From the human T2T-CHM13v2.0 reference genome, Homo sapiens: a DNA stretch of 64,000 nucleotides. The DNA lies in NCBI RefSeq assembly GCF_009914755.1, contig NC_060930.1. One strand, written 5' to 3'. This document shows, piece after piece, positions 1-14,830 of this stretch; the first letter of the stretch is position 1, and each line of letters starts with the position of its first letter. A model generated the notes under the pieces. The model saw only the letters and a list, made by a program, of their open reading frames with translations. It searched no databases and was not told the origin of the DNA. The translations under genes and the position numbers were made by a program.

Positions 1-1525
1 AGAGAATGATTTCTGAACATTCATTTCAACTTTGGGATTTCATGGCACACAGTAAAAAATGTACTGAACATATCCCTTTTTAAAATTCGCATTTTTTTTT
101 TCAGGTTGTGTTGCATAAAGCTTCATACAGCCACAGCTTGAATCTTGATCTAGCTGTGGTTTGGGGCAAGTTGTTTCATCTCTTTTGGCCTCAGTTTTCT
201 TAAAATGAAGATATTAATGAGTATGTACCTCATGGGGCTGTGATGAAGATGAAATAACATTGATGCGTGTAGAACACTTGAGTTCGGTGCCGGACACATC
301 ATGAGTGCTCAACAGAGTCTACTTATTCTTGTTAGGAATATTATTTATTGATAGTCTTATGTTAAAATTCCTTTGAAGCCATGTGGAAATTTATCATTTC
401 CCAGGTAATGATATTCCCTTCAGTTAGGTTTTGCAACTAACTACAAATAGAACATTTTGGTTTTTGCCCTCCTGGTCTTTTAAGAGTTTTTAAAGGGTAA
501 CCTGAAAAGCAACCACAATTAGTTATTTTTTATTTATTCAGAAACGAGGAAATACAGACTCCAAATAAGTGGAGTCAGTGCTCCCAGTTACTTTCTTTTG
601 AATTCAGATTTTTTTTTTAAATGAGCATTCCTGTTATGATTGTATATTATGTATAACAGTTTGGTGTGGTAAGGCAAATCTGAAAGAAAAAAGTTTAAAA
701 GCCTCTTCTCTAATTTTTTTCCCTTCATCCAATGAAAATATTATTCTAACGAAACAGCTACAGTTCTCTTGGCACGTATTGAAAGAGACGATTCTGGTAA
801 ACATTCCCTTCATTCCAAATGTGAGTTTTGCTCTGCTGTGTTTTTTAAACAATAGGGAAGAATAGCCTGGCACTGAAATCTCAGCTCTTCTGTAAATGTC
901 AACACTAGTTTTTTTTCAAGTTTATAAATTTTATTTTATATATATATGTACATATATTAGAAAGATGGGAAAGTTTCATCTTAATTTTAATCAGATGATT
1001 AGGGGCTGCTATGAAATAGTTAATGTTTCATGAAATGTTGACCATTTAGTGAGAATTCTCTGTTCTAGGCAAGCAAGTGCTGGAGATGGAGAGGCTTGAG
1101 ACACAGGCTTTGCCCTTCAGAAGTTCATTCACATCATGTGCTCTCTTACAATGATGCAGGAACAAAAGCTTCTTCTCCTAATGGCCTGTGGAGCTAAGAA
1201 TTCATATGGATTTTACTACATGATATTTTCCTTCAATTTCTCAAAGAAGGGTAAATAGGTGGATCTCTCAATAGTGTTCATATTTTTGAGGTGGATTAAC
1301 TCTTTCAAAATTAGATCCCAATATGTACTCAGAGGCCATAAAAGGAGAAAATAGCTATAATTAGTGAATTACAAAGTATATCTGCAGGATGGGGTGGTAT
1401 TATTGCTATACGAAACTTTCCTGGAATGTTGTGTTTGGTTCTTGCTCTGTCTTCTGAGTAGCGGTTTATGTACTTGTAAAGGACCAGGAAACAATATACA
1501 TTGTGGCTTAGACTGGAGCCATGAT

Positions 1526-1815
<290 letters not shown>

Positions 1816-1818
1816 GAG

Positions 1819-2050
1819 CTGTGATTCTTAATGGGGAGAAGTGGGTGGTGAATTTGCCCCTTTCCCCCAGAGGATGAAATTTGGTGGTGTCTGGAGACAT
1901 TTTTGATTGTCATACCTGGAGGGGGAGGGATGTTACTGGCATCTAATGAGTGGAGTCCAGAGATGCTGCTAACCATCCTAAAATGCACAGGACAGCCCCG
2001 CACAACAAACAGTTATCTGGTTCAAAACATCAGTAGTGCTGAGAAGCCCT
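1819..2050 (+). mobile_element. MER20 (hAT-Charlie DNA transposon fossil)
   Basis: TGTCTGGAGACATTTTTGATTGTCA...TACTGGCATCTA...GATGCTGCTAACCATCCTAAAATGCACAGGACAGCCCC matches the MER20 consensus. Confidence 0.85.
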
Positions 2051-2716
2051 TGGCTAGAGCGTGGGATTTGGAGTAAAAATAAACCTGCATTAGCACCCTG
2101 ACACCACCATTTCTTAACTGTGCCACCCTGGGTGTGTTACTTAATCTGAGTATCCATAGGATGCATATCTGAAGAGATGTGAGTTAGAGTGTGTATGAAA
2201 TGCTTAACACACAGAAGGATCGCAATAAGTGTCAACTCTTAGTATCATGACTGGTAGATCTAGGTCAAAATCCAAAGACTGTGCTTTAAACAGACACAGC
2301 TTTTGTTTCTTAACCTATTATGTACAGAAAGAATTCAGGTTTCTTGTTTTCATTTGTGTGCCCAAGGATAGGGCAGGGGCACAGATGTAGGGCCTCCAGC
2401 GTCTCTGGTACCTTCTGCATTTTGTCCTAGGTTCTGCCAGACAGCTAAGTGTACTCTGCAGATCAACCACGCAAACAGGACAGTCCCCCAGACTTGTGTA
2501 GAGGAAAGATGAGGATGGAGGAGCTTTCTGTTCCATGTGGGCTACACTTGGAAGGGGGAGATAGCCAGGCCAGGAAGCTCCTTCTGATTGAACTTATTAT
2601 CTCCCAGGCTTCTGAAGGCTCTTCTCAGACCCTTGTCTAGACATGACCAGAGAGTTTCCTTTGCTGTGTGAGCAGGTGAGGAGGTCTGGCCATTTCCCTC
2701 CCCTTTGCTTTTCTTT

Positions 2717-2915
2717 AGCCAGGTATGGTGATTCATGCCTGTAATCCCAGCACTTTGGGAAGCTGAGATGGGAAGATCGCTTGAGCCCCAGGAGTTCAAG
2801 ACCAGCCTGGGCAACATGGCAAGACCCCATCTCTACAAAATATACAAAAAATAGCCAGGTGTGGTGGCACGTGCCTGTAGTCCCAACTACTTGGGACGTG
2901 CACACACACACACAC
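2717..2915 (+). mobile_element. Truncated AluJ followed by a short (CA)n
   Basis: Left monomer plus the start of the right monomer, breaking off at 2897 into cacacaca. Confidence 0.85.
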
Positions 2916-3064
2916 GAGCCACATGAGTGAGTAATCAACTCAGTAACAAGCAGATCTTCAGCAAACGGGCAAGTGGAGCAAATTCTGGGCACAGAGAATG
3001 TTTAGCAGATAAGGATGTAAATAAGTAACAGTGTTTTCTTAGCTGTGATCTAGAAACCATTGGT

Positions 3065-3230
3065 ACTGTGGTTCTCAGTCCTGGCTATAGGATAGAATCA
3101 CCTGGGGTTGTCCAAGAATATTGATGCCCTAGCCCCACCCCAGACCATTGTTTGCGAGTCAAGGTGAGTAGCACCTGGGTATCAGATTTTTTTAATTCTT
3201 GGGTGTGAGTTGAGGGTCAAGGACCACTGC
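3065..3230. mobile_element. MER5-like hAT fossil
   Basis: Termini ctgtggttctca...ggaccactg with agaatcacctggg and ccccaccccagac. Confidence 0.6.
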
Positions 3231-3557
3231 CGTGTGAAATGCATGACTTGTATTTAAAAAAAAAGAAGAAAAGGGAATTAAAAATATCTAAGTAACGTAA
3301 GTGTTGTTAAACTTTTGTTTAGTCTTGGGTATATGTTGGCTTCTAATTGGTTGTGGTCAAAGTTTGAAAAACATTGTTTTAGAACCTTAGAGGTGTTTAA
3401 TTAATACTGATAAATTTACCTCATTCAATATTTCTGTGTGCACATCTGCTGGACAGTTTTCAAAGTAGTTTTATATATCTTCTCAAATATGACTTTTGCT
3501 ACCATCCCATGAGGCATAAAGAGCAAATATACTGATTTTTTTTTAACAGATGAAGAG

Positions 3558-3762
3558 TGATATGGTTTAGCTCTGTGTCTCCCACCCAAATCTCACCTTG
3601 AATTGTATAATCCCCACGTGTCAAGGGCGGGACCAGGTGGAAATAATTAAATCATGGGGGCAGTTTTCCCCATGCTGTTCTCATGATAGTGAGTGAGTTC
3701 TCTCGAGATCTGATGGTTTTTTAAGGGGCTTCTCCCATTGCTTGGCACTCATTCTCTCTCCT
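3558..3762 (+). mobile_element. THE1-family (THE1D-like) LTR, partial
   Basis: TGATATGGTTTAGCTCTGTGTC..CCCACCCAAATCTCACCTTGAATTGT...GAGATCTGATGGTTTT; truncated at about 200 bp. Strand follows the end I recognised. Confidence 0.8.
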
Positions 3763-6700
3763 GAGAGAAAGATTTTTCTTTTCTCAATGTCTTGGAGGGT
3801 ATAGGCTTCCAAACCATCTGGGTGGCAAATAAACTGTTCATATTTTCCTATGTGAGGAATATTCAATACCATATCAGAGCAATATTTTTTGAATGAGCAA
3901 ATAATAATTATGATAAATGTTAATATACAATGGAGGTAATAGGTGACTTCAAAATTTCAAGACAAGTACACCTAGGGAAGACCCAAGGCTGGTTCACCTC
4001 TCTTTCCAGGGTGACCTGGTTCCTGACTTTAATCAACCCTCAGTTCCTAGGGCTGTAAGAATTTGAGAAAGACCAGAGCTAGGGTTATTGATTTAAGAGC
4101 TTTTTGTTGATTTTGAGACACAGCTAACAGTAGAGGTGGTGACATTTATCCTTTTCAGGTCCAAGATTAAAAGGAGCAAAGAAGAAGAAAAAAATCTCTA
4201 TTCTCAAAGAATAGAGAATTGAGTACTTTCCAACAATATTGTGAAACTCTGTATTTGCCCTGTCCTTAACACCTGCTCTTTTGACTCCAAGAGAATACCA
4301 AAAGGTTCAAAATAAATCCGTAGTCAGGAAACTGGAGGTGAGCTACAAAACCAGGCGAAGATGGACATAAAATATACATACTCTGCTGAATAATGTCTAT
4401 GGATCATAATTTTGGGAGAAATGACTGTTGGTGAAAACTATAAAGAGAATTTGGTAAATCTGTATAAAATATGGAAGAGCAGATAGTATATAGTCAGTGA
4501 TGGAGTTTAATGGCTCTCAAATTAGAAAATTTATATTTTCCATGGTGAATTCATTCCAGAAATCCCATCTTAGCTTTTTTATTCCTGCACTTAAGCAAGA
4601 TAAAGTCATTACTATTATTCCCTTGAGTTGTCAGAGACCCTGAGTACTTTAGAAAGTGGAATTAGTTTCATGGGCTAATACTCAATTGCCTGCAGTGCTA
4701 AAATGTTACCCAGATAGGTTCAAGAATGTCACTGAAACCAGGTGGCATTTCAAGAAAGTAGAAACTGATTCCGCAAATCTTGGTTTGATGAAGAGGTTCA
4801 TGTTAATTCATGAAGTGCTAAAGGTATTTCTTGGATTGCATGGGTTTTTTTTTTTCCCCTCTTTAAAATATACTGAATAATGACTTGTTTATGACTTATA
4901 TCTCTGGAACTATTGCCACCTTCTGAGAAGCTGCTGGTCTGAGGGTCTCAGACAATGTCTTTGTCTCATCTGGGATGTAAATATCTTAGATTTTTGTAGG
5001 TCTCAAGAATCAGTCTAACTCGGACACTTGGGAGGGAGAGGGAGAAAAAGGCAATAGATGTTGTTGGGGCATAAATGAAATAAGGCCAGAGCGGCAGAGG
5101 TGGGGTTCAAATAGGATATTTGTCAGTTCATTTACAGGGATATTTTTGGCCACTTAATAAGTACCCAACACTGCTAGATTCCTTGAGAGATGTAAGAGAA
5201 GCGTAAAGCACGTCTTTTTGTGCTTAAGGAGCCTAATACATTTGGAGTGTCTGCTTTTTTTTTCCATGAAGGAGAAAACTTTAGAACGTTTATAATTGTG
5301 TGTAGGACTCTGAGGCACTGGTAGTAGGTGCAGTACCCCTCAGTGTGAGACAGGGTAAAGTCAGTGGGAGCTCTTACAGTTTGAGTGTAATTCAGGAGAA
5401 ACAACCTGAGTGAGATCTTGAAAGAAGAAGAATATCCAAAGAGGGGGACATTTATGATGGGAGACATAGCTTCTGCAATGGCACAGAGGCAAAAATCAGA
5501 ATAGTATATGGTATGTAAGGCCCTGAGGAAATCACTTTATTTGGCTTCATTTTTCTTCGTATCACTTGGCACCACTTCACATGTATGTGTGTGTGTGTTT
5601 ACTCCCTATCTTCTGCATTGGATTGCAGTGGTCAGCTACATAAGGAATACATAGAGCAGGACCTCAGATCTAGATTCCCTTTTGCAATTGGGTGTTTGCA
5701 GAAAGGAAAAAATTAAATCACTCATTGAAAAATATTTTTCAAGGGTCTACTTTACTATATGCTTGGTTGGCAGATTTCTAGGTACAGGAGATAACAGAGA
5801 TGAACAAGGTCCCTGCCTTCATGCAACATATATTCTCTTGGGGGAGACAAACAATAAACAAGTAAATCAGGAAATGTATGATTTTAGGTAGTGAAAAATG
5901 CTATGAGGAAAAATAAATCAGGATAAGGGGAAAGAGAGTGCCAGTTTTAGGTAAGGGTAAGGTAAGGGTAAAATTTTAGATTAGCTCGCTTTTAGCTTCC
6001 CTAGAGAAGCCAAAGACCACTGAAGTCTTTGCTAATGGAGTTCCAGCTTTATTATATGCTCATCTTGTCCAGTGACCCTCTCAACAATATATGTACAGTG
6101 GACATTCAGCAAGTATTTCATAATAGTAATAACAATGGTCTTGCTAGACTTGAATTGGAGCACTTTTTTTCTCCTTTTTACTGTCTATAAAAGAAGCATG
6201 AATAGAAGAATTCTTCTATTACAGAAGAAGCATGAATTGCATAGGAGAGGACACACAGGTACTGTTGACAATAACACAGTGATCCATACATCCATCTCTG
6301 TGGAAAAGAAGATTGAACACAGCTGCATCAAAATGTAAAAGAAAATATTAAACTCTTTATAATTATGTGGCTGTGATACATCTCATGGCCTAGAGAACCA
6401 TTGGGTCTAAATATTAACCAAATTCCAAAGGAGGTAATAATATATCCATGCATATGTAAAAGCATACAAAGACATAAAATAGCTACCATGTATTGAGCAA
6501 TCACTGTGTGCCAGGCATTGTGCAATGTACTTTACTTGCATTACCTTTGGTCCCTGCAACAACCTTAGGAGGGAGATATCCCAGTACAAATGAAACAGAG
6601 ATGAAGTGGCTAGTGCAAGGGCTCTTAAAGTTAGTGTCAGAGCAAAGATGGCAGATGCCTTGTTTGTGTGGGGGCATGAAATCGTGTTTGGAAATGCTGG

Positions 6701-8621
6701 TTTAATTAAGGGATTCCTTGGAGTGCATATCTAGCTTGGCATTACTCCAGGGTGGAGTTCCCTGTCTGTCCAGCTCAGCACTCTATCTAAGAAATTCTAG
6801 AAGCTGGGAATTTCTGGGGCTGGCTCTGAATTGATGTAAGTGGTTTCCTGAACCCACTGGAGGCATGGAGTGCATTGAACATTTTTTCACTATTTTGTAT
6901 GCCTGTGAAACCACATACATGTCTGTCAGGCAGCTGCACGAGCCATTAAAACTTGGAAATGCTTAGCTTTTGGCTGGAAATGACAGTAGCTCAGTTTGGA
7001 GCCACTACCAGCTCAACTAAAGCTGACTCGGAACTCTGATTCTGTATATCTGTAAAAGATCTAGGTAATGAATATTGGAAGGATGTGAGATTTAGTAAAC
7101 TTCCAAAGCATAGAGAACCAATAATGATCAACTTATTGTTACTGATAGTGAAAAGGTTGGGCAGTAGTGGATGATCTAGAGTGACAGTGAAGTTCTCCAT
7201 GTGTTTAACTCCCTCATGTTGGCCCCAGAACCCACCCATGTTTCTAGAGAGGCAGGCTGGTCTCTTGGCACCTCTGTGACCTGGAAACAATGCCCTCAAA
7301 ACCTCTGATCTACAACAGATTACATTTAATGAGCACATGTGTGCTAAGAGTTTTACATGTATTTCTCTCTCTCTTTCTTTCTCTCTCTCTCTTAAACTTT
7401 CTGTTATTGAAATTTCAAACAGGCAGAGGTAGACAATATGGTATAATAAATCCCCATGTGCCCATCAACCAATTTCAGTAATTATTAGCTCATGGCCAAC
7501 TCCATATATATATATATATATGGATATATATATATATATCTTCAGATTATTTTAAAGCAAATCCCAGACATCATATTATTTGTGAACATTCTAAAATGTG
7601 TTTCCAAAAGGTAAGGACCCTTTTATTATAATTCTTTAAACTTCACAATAACACTGTTAGATATCACTATATCCCTATTTGACAGATGAAGGCTCTGAGA
7701 CACAAGGAGTTTAAATTACTTGCCCCTGGTCACCCAACTTGTAACTGACGGAGTCAGGATTCAAATCCAAGTTGCCTAACTCCAAAGCCCATCTTGTTTA
7801 CTGCCATGCTACATGGTTGCTACCAGACCCCACTGTTGTAGCTAATCCTTGCATTACAGAATTGGATCCTGGGATTAACAAACTCCCACGGACATGACTG
7901 TTGATTTCTATGAATTCAACCATTTTCCCATTGCTGCAAATTGGGTTCATTTAGGTACACAGGGACAGAATAGCTGTGAAAGGCCCGTCTGAAAGAAAGA
8001 AAGGACCAGCCTGAAATATTAATGGATTCTATTAGGGCAGCAAAACTGATAAAGCAGTCAAACCCTTCTTGTGATAGTGTTTTAAATCTTGGAGAAATCC
8101 ACAATGAAAAGGACTTAATAGAAAATACGACTGTCATTGGGCCATAGCTGCCAAGGGAACTAAAAGGTTTCTTTTAAATGAATTCTCCTTTGGTTTTCTC
8201 TTGGCGGAAGGAATCAGCCGTCCCACTGAGTCTTTTCAGTTTGTTTCTAGCACAGCTAATTGTGTTTATTTGTCTCCGGAATCACATGCCTCTCTCCTCT
8301 CCCTTGCTTTTTCTTAGGGTCTCTTGCCTGCTGTGTACTGCTTTTACTGCCAGAAATGTTCTCCTCACCTGGGAGCCAGTTGGCTGCCAACACTGAGTAG
8401 GTACTGGGAGGCTGATTCTGCCTCTCCAGAGATCTGACCTGGCCTGGGTGTCCAAGATTGCCTTAGGGTAGAGGGAGAGATTGGATAAGCTGGCTACAAA
8501 AGGATCTGTTTTTTTTTTTTTTCCTCAGATGTGTCCACTTGGTCCATAACAGCATTAAGAACAGAGCAGACAGCAAGTAAATAAATCGTATTGACTAATT
8601 GATCAAGATAGCTTTGCTAGT

Positions 8622-9027
8622 TGATACGGTTTAGATCTGTGTCTCCACCCAAATCTCATGTTCAGTTATAATCCCCAGTGTTGGAAGTGGGGCATGGTGA
8701 CTAGATCATGGGGGCAGTTTCTCATGGCTTCACATCATCCCCATTGAAGTTGTCATCCTGATGGTTCTCATGAGATCTGGTTGTCTAAAAGTATGTGACA
8801 CCTCCCCACTCCCTCTCTTACTCCTGTTCCAGCATTGTGAAGTACTTGCTCCCCCTTTGCCTTCTGCCATGATTGTAACCTTCCTGAGGCCTCCCCAGAA
8901 AGTGGGCAGATGCCAGCATCATGCTTCCTGTACAGCCTGCAGAACCGTGGCCAATTAAACCTCTTTGCTTTGTAAATTACCCAGTGTCCAGTATTTCTTT
9001 ATAACAATGAGAGAATGGGCTAATACA
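8622..9027 (+). mobile_element. MSTA-like MaLR solo LTR
   Basis: TGATACGGTTTAGATCTGTGTC...CTAATACA termini with a perfect 5-bp TSD CTAGT (8617-8621, 9028-9032). Confidence 0.88.
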
Positions 9028-9189
9028 CTAGTCAAGTTCAAGAAACTTTGGTTCTCCATTTTTCCTATCAAAACATCACATTGACTTTCCTGCTTAATAG
9101 TTTCCTTTGTCATTGGGATCACTGCACTGATATTTACTCGCTTCTTTCCTCCTCCTCCCCTCCCTCTTTTCGTTTTGTTTCGTTTCTTT

Positions 9190-9460
9190 CATTTCTTCTT
9201 TTGACAGGGTCTTACTCTGTTGCCCAGGCTGTAAGTACAGTGGTGTAATCATAGCTCACTGTGACCTTGAGCACCTGGGCTCAAGTGATCCTCTTGTTTC
9301 AGCCTTGTTATTAGGTAGGATTACAGTCACATACCACGATGCCCAGCTAATTTTTTGCAGGGTCTTGCTATGTTGGTGCCCAGGTTGGTCTTGAACTCCT
9401 GGGCTCAAGCCATTCTCCTGCCTTGGCCTCATAAAGTGCTGGGATTATAGGTATGAGCCT
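9190..9460 (-). mobile_element. AluJ
   Basis: Diverged antisense Alu. Confidence 0.85.
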
Positions 9461-10276
9461 ATAGGTATTTGCTTGATTCCTAAACCTCTGTTTCCTTTTC
9501 TTCCCCCTTACCTGTCCTGTCCCATCACAGAAGCCATATAACTGCTGGAGAACTTCCTAGCTCTTTTTTTAACCATCTTACTCATAGAGTTCTAGAAGAT
9601 GGTAGTTGTCAGGATGCAATTGAAGAAAAGCCTAGAAATTCCACCTTTGGCTCTCTATGGGACATGCCAAGGAGGACCTCATTATTATTAGAGATAATAA
9701 TTAATATAATATTATATTAATATAATAATATTAGAGATAATGAGGGAAATACATTTTCAGGGACAATGTATTTTATTTAAAGATATGTTATTGCAAATAT
9801 TTTGAAATAGTTTTTTATTATTGATATGATCACTACTTTTTAAAAACGTTTAGTGGGAAAAACAGTAGACGACAAGTCACTTAGTTGTCTATAGTAGAGT
9901 CAGCTCGGGGGTGGCAAATATATGGCTCTGTGCCACTGTTCCCTCCTGAGCCCCACCTCCCTCAAGAGCTTGTGGCAGACATTGTAAATCCATAACACCT
10001 TGCCCTCTAAACTCCAGTCCAGGCCTGGAATGCTGCTCAACACGTGATTTCAGGAAGCCATTACCAAGCAATAGAGGTTGGCATGACAAGTGAAATCTAT
10101 TTGCCATCTCCTAAATAAGTAGTCTATAAAGCCCTTCCTGCACTAAAATTCAGTGAGCTCTTTAGCCTGTGGTCATATTAGGTCCCTAACAGCTAGGGAG
10201 CAGATCTCCTCATTCATTGACATTACCACATAGATGCCAAACCCTCTCTGGAAAACAGAAGAGAAAGCAAAATTTT

Positions 10277-10595
10277 TTTGATTAATTTTTTTTTAAGATG
10301 CAGGGTCTCACTCTGTCACCTAGGTTGGAGTGCAATGGTGTGATCTGATCATAGCTTACTACAGCCTCCCCTCCTGGGCTCAAGTGATCCTCCCTCCTCA
10401 GCCTCCCAAGTACTTGGGACTACAGGTGCATGGCACCACTCCTGGCTAATTTTTATGTATTTATTTATTTATTCTTTTGTAGAGACAGGGTCTGTGTTGC
10501 CCAAGCTGGTCTTGAGCTCCTGGGCTCAAGTGATCCTACTGCCTTGGCCTTCCAAAGCACTAGGATTACAGGTATGAGCCACCATGCCTGGCTGG
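10277..10595 (-). mobile_element. AluJ
   Basis: Diverged antisense Alu. Confidence 0.88.
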
Positions 10596-12441
10596 GATGC
10601 TTTAAACACTGATGGTTCATGGAAGATTTGGAAGTTGCAACTCTCCCTTTGCAACTTATAGTAGGTCCTTCAGTGGTTTGTCAGTAAGACTAAATCAAAT
10701 CATTCTTAAGGAAGAAAAATGCTAATGCAGTGCTGAAGGGGAAGAAAAGGAATTGAAACCCAGAGCCTGTCCTGTTCCTACTCTGGTATAGCAGTTGTAT
10801 TAAACTGAATCTAGATTATGTGTAGTTTAATGAGATGGGAAAGCAAAAAACTTAGTGCCTGGTTATAACTAACTTGCTGTCACATAGTAGTTCTCTTTTG
10901 AAGAAATTTGGAGAGTATTAAGATAATGCATATGAAGCATCAAGACTTCCTTGGTGAGGTTTTAAGTGTTCATGACCATATTTTAGACAATGTATTGGAC
11001 AGCAGTAATGGCTTAGGCCAGTCCGTAGTCACCAAAATCATTGTGAGCTGGTAGGCTATGCAGGCAGAAGCTGTGTGGGCTGCTCCAGGCCTGCCTGTCT
11101 CTAAGAGGCTTGACAGAGGATGCCAGGCTGCTTTCTGGGTGGTTAAGATCAGACTGTGTATGCACTGGTGTGGTTTTCTCTTGTTTTAATCAACAGTACA
11201 TTCTTTTGCAAGGAAAAGACAAACTGAGGCTCATTTTGGAATGCTCTGATTTCAGAGCAAGGACAGGCAGAGATACTTTTCCATTTTGGAAGTCTCAACT
11301 GAATATTGGATATGGGGTGAGGAAAAGCAGGAAGAAAAACCCATATAGGTTAGACAAAATATTAGATTAGCCAAGTATTTTTAAAGTATTTTCTAAAAAT
11401 TAGATAAGATTTAGAGCTTACCCCCACCCCATTAATTGTATACTTTTGTCTAGTGATGCGTATGTAAAAATCATACTTAAGCTGAAATCACTTCTGGCTT
11501 ACTGTTGTTCTTTATTTTCTGCATCTTTTTGGATGTCATATAAAAAGAGGCCCCCCAAATCATCATTTGCTTGTTATTTGGGAATGCGAAAGTAATTGAA
11601 TTCTCTGGAGGGATGAGTGGTGGTTGAGGCTGAAATAGCAAGTTGGGAATGAATGCAACTTTTCAGTAGATACTATAATCCTTTGTCAAAGGGAGTGCTG
11701 GGGTGATGGAAATGAAACTGCAAGTGCTGACCTTGAATTTCTGGTAACATTGAGTGCTTGTCTCTTCCCAGCCCATGTGATCTATGGACTTGCCCAAATA
11801 GCTTCTTGCTGGTACTGTATCCTCTGTTTTCTAAAGGCACCTTAGGGACTTCAAAAGGCACACTTTTGCTTTAAAATGCATCGTATTTTAATGTTAACTC
11901 GATGGTAAACTTATATAATATTGGCTGTTAGACACTGAATAAGCTTAAAATGGAAAAGTGACACTTTCTCGACCTGCATTCATCTTACTCCTTGTAATTG
12001 CATTCATTTTTTTTCAACTTTAATTCAGAAATCTTAAGTAGTTGGCCTTTATTATTATTTTCAGTTTACGGCATTACTGGTACCAGAAGGATTGTGGTTT
12101 ATTTTAAGTATATGATTCATTTAATCTGATGGGACTCAGGCTTGGACTGTCTGCTTTCCAGCCCACTTTGCCTCCAAGATCAATGCAACCTCAAAGAAGG
12201 AAAGTTTTAAGTTTTTTAATGGTGTTTATGATTGATGTACCTTGTTGATATTAATAACTGTATCTGCTACATTATAGCTTTGATTAATCACAGTCTTCAA
12301 GTAAACTGACTTGCTGACATATTCCACTTTAGAGAAAAAAATATCAAAACACAGGAAAATCAAATGCTATTAGGACTTTTGTTTAAGAGCAATTTCGCAG
12401 GGAGAACATCCTTGGGACTTGTTTAAGAAGCAACTTCCCAA

Positions 12442-12568
12442 AAGCCTAGGAAGTTTTGTTTAAGAGCAAAACTTAAAGGGGAAACTTAGTTTTGGTTAAG
12501 AGCAAAACTTAAAGGGGAAACTTAACTTCCCCTTTAAGTTTTGCTCTTAACCAAAACTTCCTAGGCTT
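12442..12568. repeat. 36-bp tandem duplication plus inverted copy (perfect 32-bp hairpin)
   Basis: 12452-12487 and 12488-12523 differ at 1 nt. 12488-12519 is the exact reverse complement of 12527-12558. Confidence 0.95.
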
Positions 12569-13281
12569 ACCATAGACACAGTCCTATCTTCTTCGCATTG
12601 GTATCTCTATTAGCCAAACTTTATATGGAAAGAGATAAAGGACCTGGACAAAATTATGTTCACTTACACATTTAGGAAAGTGGACTAATACATTGGTAGA
12701 ATGATTTCCAATAAACGAGGTTGAAACAGAAAGCATTTCCTGAATAGCATAAAAGTTTAGGGTGTGGGCTCTGGAGCCAGACTACCTGGGCACAGATTCT
12801 GGCTCCACCACTTCCTGTCTGGATTTTGGGCAAGGGACTTCACCTGTTTCCTCATCTGTACAATAGCTAAAAATAGTAGATTCCATTTCATAGAGTTGAG
12901 AGGAGTAAATGTTTTATTTATTTAAGTCACATGCAATGACCTTAGAACCATGTGTAGTAGAGAGTAAGTGCTCAATATATGTAAGTCATTTTAGTAATTA
13001 TCACTGGCAACTGGATAAAGAACAGTAACAGTGAAGAAGAAATGCTATATCTCTGGTTTCTGGCTTGAGCACCTGGGTGCAGCCATTTACTGAGATAGGA
13101 ACAAGAAGCACAGGACAGAAGTAGGGTTAGTGGAAGAAGCTTGATTCTCTTTTGGTAGTGTTCATTTGAGGTATCTTTGTTACAGCTAAGCAGAGTTATC
13201 AAGTGGGCATCAAATATACCCCATTCCAGATATAACAAAATTTTGTGGAATATTATTCAACCTTAAAAAGGAAGAAAATTG

Positions 13282-14181
<900 letters not shown>

Positions 14182-14185
14182 TTAA

Positions 14186-14830
<645 letters not shown>

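Noticed and set aside
4195-4217. TCTCTATTCT-CAA-AGAATAGAGA hairpin
   Set aside because: Short, low-complexity and AT-rich; compatible with chance in 64 kb.
5949-5971. GGTAAGGGTAAGGTAAGGGTAA considered as an interstitial telomeric repeat
   Set aside because: The unit is not TTAGGG and there are only about four copies.
7501-7540. Palindromic TCCA(TA)nTGGA
   Set aside because: An ordinary (TA)n microsatellite, which is self-complementary by nature.
12377-12568. Repeat cluster considered as a CRISPR-like array or a known miRNA
   Set aside because: Eukaryotic context with no unique spacers, and I recognise no mature miRNA sequence. Kept only as a structural finding.
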